From Candidatus Aenigmatarchaeota archaeon (GTDB lineage: Archaea > Aenigmatarchaeota > Aenigmatarchaeia > CG10238-14 > SpSt-28): a stretch of DNA of 64,000 nt. The stretch is taken from contig DAISZX010000001.1 of assembly GCA_036824555.1 (NCBI GenBank), forward strand, positions 644 to 64,643. Direction: 5' to 3'. This document shows positions 56,726 to 64,000 of the stretch, piece by piece. The first letter of the stretch is position 1. Each line of letters opens with the position of its first letter. The translations under genes and the position numbers were made by a program. The notes below the pieces were generated by a model. That model worked only from the letters and a program-made list of their open reading frames with translations. It was not told the origin of the DNA and did not search any database.

Positions 56726-57378
56726 TGCAAAGGGAAATTGTTCTACCTGGAACTTATTTGGGAGAGAGGAAGGGAAGAAAAATTACAAACTGTTATGTAG
56801 AGGGGGAAAAAGTATTCTCTAAAGTTTTGGGTGTTCTTAAGGTGAGCGACGAAGAGATAAGCGTTGTCCCATTAGCAGGAAAATACTTTCCGAAGGCTGG
56901 TGATAGGGTTATAGGCAAAATAGAAGAAATAGAGGTTTCCGGTTGGTGGGTTGATATAAATTCCCCATATAAAGCTTTCTTACCGCTTGGAGAGGCAGTA
57001 GAAGAGTTCGTTGATGTTAGAAGGGTAGATCTGAGCAGATTTTACGATATTGATGATATAATCTTTTGTAAGATAACAAAAGTCACTAAAAACAAGATAA
57101 TTCAAGTTAGCATGAAGGATATGTTAGCAAGAAAGCTTTTTGGAGGTATAACGATTAAAATTACTCCTTATAAAGTTGCAAGAGTTATAGGAAAAGGAGG
57201 AAGTATGATTGAGTTGATTAAAAAGAAAACCGGCTCTGAAATTTATGTCGGCCAAAACGGTGTAGTTTGGATAAAGGGTGGTAAAAAAGAAAAGGCGTTA
57301 GAAGCCATTTTAACGATAGAAAGAGAAGCCCATGTTGTAGGGCTAACAGAAAAAATAGCTAAATTGCTGGGTGAGTAA
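56722..57378 (+). CDS. rrp4: exosome RNA-binding subunit Rrp4 (S1 + KH)
   Basis: N-terminal domain, S1 domain (GDRVIGKIEEIEVSGWWVDI), KH domain (IGKGGSMIELIKKKTG); 4-nt overlap with sdo1. Confidence 0.85.
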   Translation: MMQREIVLPGTYLGERKGRKITNCYVEGEKVFSKVLGVLKVSDEEISVVPLAGKYFPKAGDRVIGKIEEIEVSGWWVDINSPYKAFLPLGEAVEEFVDVRRVDLSRFYDIDDIIFCKITKVTKNKIIQVSMKDMLARKLFGGITIKITPYKVARVIGKGGSMIELIKKKTGSEIYVGQNGVVWIKGGKKEKALEAILTIEREAHVVGLTEKIAKLLGE

Positions 57379-58107
57379 ATGAAGAAAACAGACGTTAAGC
57401 TTATAATTGATGGTAAAAGAATTGATGGTAGATTGCCGGATGAAGTTAGAGAAATAAAGATGTCTGTGGGCGAGATTTTAAATGCAGACGGTTCTGCCAG
57501 AGTTAGTTTTGGAAAAACAGAGGCTTTGGTAGCTGTGTATGGGCCGAGGGCTTTATTTCCTAAGTTCCTTCAGGAAAGTGAGTATGGTCTAGTCAGAGTT
57601 ATTTACTCCATGTCCCCATTTTCTGTAGATGAGAGAAAAAATCCCGCCCCAGATAGAAGGAGTATAGAAATTTCTAAGGTGACAAAAGAAGCTCTAACGG
57701 CTGCAATATTCATAGAAGATTTTCCAAAGGCTGTTGTGGATATTTATGAGAATATAATTCAGGCAGATGGTAGCACAAGGGTAACTGCAATAAATGCAGC
57801 ATCTTTGGCTTTGGCCTCTGCCGGCATACCTATGAAAGATTTGGTAGCAGCTTGCTCTGTTGGGAAGATTAACGGTGTTCTTATTGTTGATCTTAATGGG
57901 AAAGAGGATAATTATTCAGAATCCGATATGGCAGTTGCTATGATGCCATCTAAAGGACTAATAACGCTTCTACAAATGGATGGGCTTTTGAGTAAGGAAG
58001 AAGTTTTGGAGTTGTTGAAAAAAGCTGAGGAAGTGTGTAAGAAAATTTATGAATTGCAGAAGAAAACGTTGCTTGAAAAATTCAAAACTGAGAGGGAGGA
58101 GGAGTGA
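57379..58107 (+). CDS. rrp41: exosome catalytic subunit Rrp41 (RNase PH-like)
   Basis: RIDGRLPDEVREIKMSVGEILNADGSARVSFGKTEALVAVYGPR RNase PH ring 1 motif. Confidence 0.9.
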   Translation: MKKTDVKLIIDGKRIDGRLPDEVREIKMSVGEILNADGSARVSFGKTEALVAVYGPRALFPKFLQESEYGLVRVIYSMSPFSVDERKNPAPDRRSIEISKVTKEALTAAIFIEDFPKAVVDIYENIIQADGSTRVTAINAASLALASAGIPMKDLVAACSVGKINGVLIVDLNGKEDNYSESDMAVAMMPSKGLITLLQMDGLLSKEEVLELLKKAEEVCKKIYELQKKTLLEKFKTEREEE

Positions 58108-58860
58108 ATGGAGGAGTTTATTAGAGAGTATTTTGAGCACGGAAAAAGAGCTGATGGTAGAGGTTTTAAAGATTATAGGCCTATAGAAATAAAACATTCT
58201 GTAATTTCTAAGGCCGAGGGCTCAGCCTTTGTTAATCTAGGAGGAACTAAAGTTTATGCTGGAGTAAAGCTAGATATAGGGGAACCATTTCCAGATTCTC
58301 CTAATGAGGGAATATTGATAGTTAATGCCGAATTCACACCCTTATCTTCTCCAGAAATAGAGCCAGGGCCCCCGGGAGAAGATGCGGTAGAGCTGGCTAG
58401 GATCGTAGATAGGATAATAAGAGAGTCAAAGGCAATAGAATTGGAAAAACTCTTTATAGAGGAGGGAAAAGTGTGGGTAGTTTATGTAGATTTGGCAATT
58501 TTTGATATGAGAGGGAATCTTATGGATGCATCGATGCTCGCTTCGATAAAAGCGTTGCTACATACTAGAATTCCAAAGATAGAGAACGGTAAGATAGTTA
58601 GAGGAGAGTTTGTCTCTAATTTGCCAGTAGTTTACAAGCCAGTGAGTGTTACAATCGGAAAATATGGAAATAATTTGCTTGTAGATTTAAGTAAGGAGGA
58701 GGAAGAGGTAGTTGATGCAAGGCTTGTTGTTGGAGTAAGAGATGATGATAAAATATGTGCAATGCAAAAGCAGGGGATTGGAACATTTAGCATTAAAGAT
58801 ATAGAAGATGCCTTGGATTTGGCGATAGAAAAGTCTAGAGAGCTAAGGAGGTTGCTGTGA
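58108..58860 (+). CDS. rrp42: exosome subunit Rrp42 (RNase PH-like, inactive)
   Basis: KRADGRGFKDYRPIEIKHSVISKAEGSAFVNLGGTKVYAGV second RNase PH domain; adjacent to rrp41. Confidence 0.85.
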   Translation: MEEFIREYFEHGKRADGRGFKDYRPIEIKHSVISKAEGSAFVNLGGTKVYAGVKLDIGEPFPDSPNEGILIVNAEFTPLSSPEIEPGPPGEDAVELARIVDRIIRESKAIELEKLFIEEGKVWVVYVDLAIFDMRGNLMDASMLASIKALLHTRIPKIENGKIVRGEFVSNLPVVYKPVSVTIGKYGNNLLVDLSKEEEEVVDARLVVGVRDDDKICAMQKQGIGTFSIKDIEDALDLAIEKSRELRRLL

Positions 58861-59025
58861 ATGTCGATAGACCATATAACTAAAAAGATAAAACTTGCTG
58901 CAATATCAAAAATAAAAAGAGCCCCGATATGGGCGAGTATAAGAAAGTTTGGGTTGAAGAGAGCTAGAACGAGAAGGATAGTGACACATCCAAAAAGATG
59001 GAGGAGAACGAGAATAAGAATTTGA
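58861..59025 (+). CDS. rpl39e: 50S ribosomal protein L39e
   Basis: 54-aa ORF not in supplied track: ...KRAPIWASIRKFGLKRARTRRIVTHPKRWRRTRIRI matches the L39e C-terminal consensus (RRVPVW...THPKRRHWRRTKLK); begins immediately after the rrp42 stop. Confidence 0.75.
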   Translation: MSIDHITKKIKLAAISKIKRAPIWASIRKFGLKRARTRRIVTHPKRWRRTRIRI

Positions 59026-59080
59026 ACAATCATCTATTTTGATTTTATTCTAATATATTCTCAAAATCCTAAATTTCAAG

Positions 59081-59356
59081 ATGGAAGATTGGTTAATGAA
59101 AAGGCCGAAAAAAGCGGAAAGTTTGAGAATAATAGAGCATGTAGGTGGACTATACGCCACTTTTAACGGTGAACAATACTGGAGAATGGAAAAGTGGGCC
59201 TTTGAGATTTTGAAATTGTGCGATGGAATGAAAACTATTTCTGAGATTGCAAGAATATTGGCTTCAGAGCTTCAAATGAATGTGGATGATGTGATAAAGG
59301 GGCTTAAGCCAATATTTGAAGAATTTGAAAGAGTAGGCTTTATAAAATACGTATAG
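59081..59356 (+). CDS. PqqD-family protein (RiPP recognition element-like)
   Basis: 91 aa; WAFEILKLCDGMKTISEIARILASELQMNVDDVIKGLKPIFEEFERVGFIKYV matches the PqqD pattern (W..cDG.t..ei...l..e..v..d.v..dv..f.eel...gli). Confidence 0.55.
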   Translation: MEDWLMKRPKKAESLRIIEHVGGLYATFNGEQYWRMEKWAFEILKLCDGMKTISEIARILASELQMNVDDVIKGLKPIFEEFERVGFIKYV

Positions 59357-60104
59357 TTTCTTTTTCTCCGCAAATTTCCAAGATTGCTGGTTCCCTTCCA
59401 TAAACGCGAGTGGAACTTATTGTTATAACTTTTCCATCATGCTCTCTATAAATACCGTTAGAAGCTTTTTGTGGCTCATGACTTCTCACCAGCTTATTAG
59501 CGGAGAGTATTTTTAATACTCTGTCTGTAATATCCTTACCAAAAAGCACTCCTGCACCCCTCGGATTAGGATATTCTCCATATCCTTCAAATGGATCGCT
59601 CCAAATTACATCTCTTTCTATTTCTTTAGAAGGAGATGTCAAATCCTCCTTTTTCCTTATTTTGGAAGATACTCCACCATGCAAAAATAGGTATGAGCCA
59701 CATTTAGCTGCTAATATTAAAGAGTCGAAAAAGTCTTTCAAATTTTCTTCGAAATATCTACTCCAGCTACCTCTTTTACTAGTAACTTCATAAATTAAAT
59801 CACAAGGCCTAAATTTTGGATTTCCGTTCTCATCATAATCCTCATGGTTCCCTTTCAGAGCCACCACATTTTCTGGATACTCTTCTTTCAGCTCTCTCAA
59901 ACCTTCAATAACTTCTAGACCATTATTACCCCTATCAGCATAGTCTCCCAGGAATATCAGGATTACTTTGGAGCATTCTTTCCTCTCCTTTTTGAAGACA
60001 TATATTATCCTTTGAAAAGACTCATAATCACCATGAATGTCCCCAGCTACCAAAAGCTTTTCATAATCGAAGATTTCAACAAATTTTCCGATTCTTTTAA
60101 TCAT
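59340..60104 (-). CDS. PPP-family serine/threonine protein phosphatase (PP1-arch type)
   Basis: GDIHGD, LGDYADRG and GNHE PPP signature motifs in order; 254 aa. Confidence 0.75.
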   Translation of the reverse strand: MIKRIGKFVEIFDYEKLLVAGDIHGDYESFQRIIYVFKKERKECSKVILIFLGDYADRGNNGLEVIEGLRELKEEYPENVVALKGNHEDYDENGNPKFRPCDLIYEVTSKRGSWSRYFEENLKDFFDSLILAAKCGSYLFLHGGVSSKIRKKEDLTSPSKEIERDVIWSDPFEGYGEYPNPRGAGVLFGKDITDRVLKILSANKLVRSHEPQKASNGIYREHDGKVITISSTRVYGREPAILEICGEKETIRIL

Positions 60105-60119
60105 CTTTAAATTTAGCTA

Positions 60120-61394
60120 CTATGGATAAATCCTGGTCCTAGTTCTAGGAAACATAGTTACTTCTTGAATATTATCCTTTCCACAAATTTTCATCGTGAG
60201 TCTTTCCAATCCAATACTCCAGCCAGCGTGTGGTGGAGCACCGTATCTGAAGGAATTTATGTAGTAGGCAAAATCTTTCGGATTTAATCCCTTTTCTTTT
60301 ATTCTTTTTTCTAGAAGCTCCGGCAAATGTATTCTTTGAGCCCCAGAGGAAATTTCAAGACCCTTGTAGATGAGGTCAAATGCTTTAACGATTTTTGGAT
60401 TATCCTCCCTGGGCATAGCGTAAAAGGGCTTTAACTCTTCTGGCCAATCCTTTAAGACAAAAGCATCTCCAAAAATCTCTCCAAGTTTCCTCTCTTGCAT
60501 TTTTGAAAAATCTTCACCAAACTCAATTTTTTCTCCAATGTTTCTAAGCGCATTTATTGCTTCCTCATATTTTACTCTTCTTAAAGGCAAAGAAGGTATT
60601 GTAATATCTTGATTTAGAACTTCGAGCTCTTTCTTACAATTTTCTCTAACACTCTCAAGTATATAGACAAAAACACCCTCCAACTCTCTTATTGCGTCTT
60701 CATCATCAGCAAAAGCCATTTCTATATCCATCTGTCTTATTTCATTAAGATGTGTTGGCTGGTCGAACTTCTCGGCTCTGAATACTGGAGTAATCATGAA
60801 TACTTTCTCAAAAGATATGGCACCCATTTGTTTGTAGAGTTGCGGAGATTGTGCTAAGTAGGCTTTTTTTTCGAAGTAAGGAAATTCGAAAAGTTCCGCA
60901 CCGCCTTCGCTAGCTGAAGCGATAATTATCGGTGGCTGCATTTCTATGAAACCCTTTCTTAAAAAATACTCCCTAAAGGACTTAACTATCTCTGTCTGAA
61001 TTCTAAAAATTGCCTTTCCCTCTTGCGTTCTAAAGTACAAAAACCTCCAATCCAGCCTAGTTTCCAAATTGGTTTTAGTAATTTCTCTTGGGTCTAAAGG
61101 TAGCTGTGGTTCAGACTTGTTTATTAAATTTATGTTCTTTGCTTCCACCTCATACTCAAACTTTTCTGACTGAGATCTTTTAACTATTCCTTCAACCTCA
61201 ATCACATCCTCCAAATGAATTTTCTTAACTAACTCTCTAAGTTTCTCATTTCTAATAACTATTTGAGCAAAACCGCCAAAATCTCTAAGAATTATAAAAT
61301 TGATTTTACCGATTAACCTAAAATCATGAACCCAACCCTTTAGAACCACTTGTTTTCCCTCATTTTCCTTTAATTGATTTGAGTATACTCTCAT
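60120..61394 (-). CDS. aspS: aspartyl-tRNA synthetase (archaeal type)
   Basis: N-terminal anticodon-binding OB fold, class II motifs (PVFRAEKFDQPTHLNE, SSGAQRIH, GAPPHAGWSIGLERL), C-terminal FPRTRTRIYP; strong resemblance to Thermococcus AspRS. Confidence 0.85.
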   Translation of the reverse strand: MRVYSNQLKENEGKQVVLKGWVHDFRLIGKINFIILRDFGGFAQIVIRNEKLRELVKKIHLEDVIEVEGIVKRSQSEKFEYEVEAKNINLINKSEPQLPLDPREITKTNLETRLDWRFLYFRTQEGKAIFRIQTEIVKSFREYFLRKGFIEMQPPIIIASASEGGAELFEFPYFEKKAYLAQSPQLYKQMGAISFEKVFMITPVFRAEKFDQPTHLNEIRQMDIEMAFADDEDAIRELEGVFVYILESVRENCKKELEVLNQDITIPSLPLRRVKYEEAINALRNIGEKIEFGEDFSKMQERKLGEIFGDAFVLKDWPEELKPFYAMPREDNPKIVKAFDLIYKGLEISSGAQRIHLPELLEKRIKEKGLNPKDFAYYINSFRYGAPPHAGWSIGLERLTMKICGKDNIQEVTMFPRTRTRIYP

Positions 61395-61428
61395 TCTATT
61401 TTATTTTTTGCAATATTTTTATTGTTGC

Positions 61429-62472
61429 TTAAATGGAAACTAAGCTGTAAAAAATTACACATAAGATTGGCAACAACAAGTTTTCGTACTTCCTTAACAC
61501 ACTTTCTAGTATAGTGGAGAATAGAGACATTATTATAGAAATCTTAATATCAAAGAAAAAAAGCAGAGAAATGAATGATGAAATGAAAAATGATAAGCTT
61601 CCTTCGACCGTTTTTGATTTATTATAAATTAGCCTATGTTTTCCAAATCTATAGCCAAATAAGCCAGCTATGCCATCTGAAATAACCAAGGGAATTGAAC
61701 CAATTAAAAACAAGTCTGTTGGAAGAAATGATAGTATAGTTAGAGATAGAGCAAATAATAGTGGCTCTATTAGTAATCCTTTTTCTTCTCTCTTCATGCA
61801 GCAAGCCGAAATTTCATGAAATATTGGCACATAAATTTTTCTAATTCGAAGAATTTCGGAAATCAAGAACATTAGTGTTATTGTTAACATTATTGCGATA
61901 ACATAACTTCTTTCTACTGTCAACTTCAGTAAAATTATTAATACTCCAGCAAGATGGATAAGCTTTCTAAAGTAAAAATTGTATTTGTATTTTCTACTCT
62001 CTATTCTTCTAAAAAATGCATGCCATATTAGCGAAATTGAGCCCCCAAGTATTATTCCACCAACTATATCAAATATCGTGTGAACGTTCAAAGCAATTCT
62101 TGAGTAGCAAACGAGGATTGAAATAATTAAAGCTGGCATATATATTTCTGGTCTTTTTCTGAACCACAGAAAAGTTGTTAGAAAAAAAGCCGACATTATT
62201 GCTGCATGGCCAGAAGGAAAGGCATAAGTTTGTGGGCAATATTCTAATCCTGCACAAACTCTAGGAATTTTAAAAATCATTTTAAGAAAAAACGAGGAAG
62301 CATAGGAAATTAGGACAGAAGGTAATAAATAGTACAGAATCCACCTTAGCTTTTTCCTTTCTTTTTTATCTAGAAGATAGTAAATTAGCAAAAAGGAAAC
62401 CATGAATCCTAGCCAATATGCAATATCTCCAAAATAACTTAAGAATATCCAGATGTAAGTCGATAATTCCAT
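61429..62472 (-). CDS. fusion membrane protein: PAP2 phosphatase domain + CTP-dependent transferase domain (dolichol kinase/CdsA-like)
   Basis: PAP2 motifs (K...PRV, PSGH, SRIALNVHTIFD) in the N-terminal half; C-terminal SDGIAGLFGYRFGKH...KTVEGS cytidylyltransferase-family signature. Confidence 0.5.
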   Translation of the reverse strand: MELSTYIWIFLSYFGDIAYWLGFMVSFLLIYYLLDKKERKKLRWILYYLLPSVLISYASSFFLKMIFKIPRVCAGLEYCPQTYAFPSGHAAIMSAFFLTTFLWFRKRPEIYMPALIISILVCYSRIALNVHTIFDIVGGIILGGSISLIWHAFFRRIESRKYKYNFYFRKLIHLAGVLIILLKLTVERSYVIAIMLTITLMFLISEILRIRKIYVPIFHEISACCMKREEKGLLIEPLLFALSLTILSFLPTDLFLIGSIPLVISDGIAGLFGYRFGKHRLIYNKSKTVEGSLSFFISSFISLLFFFDIKISIIMSLFSTILESVLRKYENLLLPILCVIFYSLVSI

Positions 62473-62541
62473 TTAAAGAAATGAAATTCGAAAATAAATC
62501 ATAGAAAATATTCTTAAATCGTCTGTAAATAATTTTAAAGA

Positions 62542-63960
62542 ATGGAAGAGGAAATAAAACCGAAGAGGCTTCCATCCAAAGAAAATTTTATAGAATGGTA
62601 CAACACCCTATTACAACTTGCTGAGATTGTTGATAGAAGATATCCCGTTAAAGGCACTTTTATTTGGCTACCCTACGGTTTAAAAATAATGAAAAGATTG
62701 ATTGAGATTTGGGACAGAATTTTTGAGGAAAATGGGATTGAACAAGTTTATTTTCCTTTATTCGTCCCTTTGGAGTTTGCAAAAATCAATGAGAGCTGGT
62801 TTGAAGGGTTTAAGAGTGATGCATTTTATGTTGAGGGCGAAAGTGCAATCTTAAGGCCAACGGGCGAGCCTGCTATGTATCCTATATTCAAATACTGGAT
62901 AATGGAGGGAAAGCTACCGATAAAAATTTATCAGACGGTATCTTCTTTTAGAAACGAAGGAAAGACCACGCATACTATGATTAGGGATAGGGAAATTACT
63001 TTTTGGCATGAAATTCACACCGCTCACAAAACGAGAGAAGAGTCAATTGAAGAAATGGAAAAACATAGGAAGATTTACGAGTATATATGGAGAGAAGTAT
63101 TAAATATACCTCCGATATGTGTTGAAAAGCCGAAGTATGAGATTTTTCCTGGCGCCGAATCAGCTTACGAATTTTACACTATATTGCCGAATGGAAGATT
63201 ACTAGAAAACGGGAGTGTTAATAATTTAGGCCAGGCATATGCTGAGAAATTTGATTTGTATTATGTAGATGAAAGTGGCAATAAGAAGTATGTTTGGCAG
63301 GTATGTACTGGCAACGGAGCCAGATTTTTAGTAGCAGCTTTTGCCTTACATGGAGATGAGAGAGGATTAGTTTTACCCCCCAAATTAGCACCAATTCAAG
63401 TTGTTATAATTACGATTCCTAAAGGAAAAAGAGATTACTTTGAGGAAGCTCAAGAGTTGAGTGAAAGGCTGGAAAAGAATGGAATTAAAACTTTTGTAGA
63501 TATGAGTGAAAAGACTCCAGGAGAAAAGTTTAACATTTGGGATATAAAGGGAGTTCCTATAAGGATAGAGATCGGAGAAAAAGAGGTTGATGAAAATTTC
63601 TACACTCTTTATAGAAGAGATTTGAAAGAGAGATTTAAAGTTAATAAAAGCGATATAGAAAGAGTAGTGAAAGATATTATAGAGAATGAAATCCCGAAGA
63701 GTCTTTATGAAAAGGTAGAAAAGCTGTATGAGAAAAAAATAAGATATTTTGAGAGTTTGGAAGACGCTAAAAAATGGATAGAGGAAGGTAATGTGGCAAA
63801 GGGCAACTGGTGCGGTAAAAAAGAGTGCTTCGAAAAAATTAAGGATTTGGGACCATCTATTGAACCGGTTGGATTCTTAGTTGGGGAAGAGATAGTTGGA
63901 AAGTGTATAGCTTGTGGCGAAACGACTAAAAAGCTAACATTGTTCGGAAAGACCTATTAA
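62542..63960 (+). CDS. proS: prolyl-tRNA synthetase (archaeal/eukaryotic type)
   Basis: class II catalytic core, C-terminal zinc-binding CGKKEC...CIACGE and terminal conserved Tyr; 472 aa. Confidence 0.9.
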   Translation: MEEEIKPKRLPSKENFIEWYNTLLQLAEIVDRRYPVKGTFIWLPYGLKIMKRLIEIWDRIFEENGIEQVYFPLFVPLEFAKINESWFEGFKSDAFYVEGESAILRPTGEPAMYPIFKYWIMEGKLPIKIYQTVSSFRNEGKTTHTMIRDREITFWHEIHTAHKTREESIEEMEKHRKIYEYIWREVLNIPPICVEKPKYEIFPGAESAYEFYTILPNGRLLENGSVNNLGQAYAEKFDLYYVDESGNKKYVWQVCTGNGARFLVAAFALHGDERGLVLPPKLAPIQVVIITIPKGKRDYFEEAQELSERLEKNGIKTFVDMSEKTPGEKFNIWDIKGVPIRIEIGEKEVDENFYTLYRRDLKERFKVNKSDIERVVKDIIENEIPKSLYEKVEKLYEKKIRYFESLEDAKKWIEEGNVAKGNWCGKKECFEKIKDLGPSIEPVGFLVGEEIVGKCIACGETTKKLTLFGKTY

Positions 63961-64000
63961 TTTTCCTATTACTTTTTTAACCAAGCACCTAATCCTTGAG

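Noticed and set aside
1-64000. CRISPR array, transposase/IS element or integrase
   Set aside because: No regularly spaced direct repeats and no recognisable transposase or integrase catalytic motifs seen in any ORF; the islet at 38.7-41.7 kb lacks an integrase and I could not find a direct repeat of the tRNA-Ser 3' end by eye.

Overview
AT-rich archaeal chromosomal segment (about one-third GC by eye). It is almost entirely housekeeping and densely packed on both strands. Present are the canonical archaeal exosome superoperon (Pop5, proteasome alpha, SBDS, Rrp4, Rrp41, Rrp42, L39e), the SRP54/FtsY/prefoldin-alpha cluster, four aminoacyl-tRNA synthetases (His, Asp, Pro; plus a tRNA-binding Myf-domain protein), ribosomal proteins L15e and L21e with RpoF, and two RNase P protein subunits (Rpp30, Pop5). 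Glycolysis genes (pgk, tpi, class I fba, PEP synthase, cupin-type PGI, PfkB kinases) sit with a large glycogen gene set (debranching enzyme, two GH57-like hydrolases, three GT-B glycogen-synthase-like transferases, phosphoglucomutase). There is an anaerobe oxidative-stress cluster (peroxiredoxin, rubredoxin, superoxide reductase, small ferritin-like protein), a Pus10-TrmY tRNA Psi54/m1Psi54 modification pair, and a polyamine operon (BpsA-like aminopropyltransferase, SAM decarboxylase, small radical SAM enzyme). RNA genes: tRNA-Ala(CGC), tRNA-Asp(GTC), a stand-alone 5S rRNA, and three intron-containing tRNAs (Ser-TGA, Ser-CGA, Gln-TTG) with canonical 37/38 introns. No CRISPR array or obvious transposase is present. 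The most unusual locus is a small islet (about 38.7-41.7 kb) between a Dph6-like gene and tRNA-Ser(CGA). It holds a DUF4143-type AAA ATPase and a visibly GC-richer orphan DGQHR-domain (DndB-like, ParB-fold) gene transcribed divergently from it. The 400-bp gap between them carries two tandem 21-bp palindromes flanking a TATA box, an A9G8 homopolymer tract and an 18-bp inverted repeat hairpin. Other notable loci: Hef split into separate helicase and ERCC4-nuclease ORFs, followed by an RNase-H-fold nuclease, an archaeosortase-like membrane protein and a 531-aa coiled-coil protein; an orphan PqqD-like (RiPP recognition element) protein downstream of the exosome operon; a radical SAM enzyme co-operonic with a secreted cysteine-rich transglutaminase-like protein; and a PAP2/CTP-transferase fusion membrane protein.
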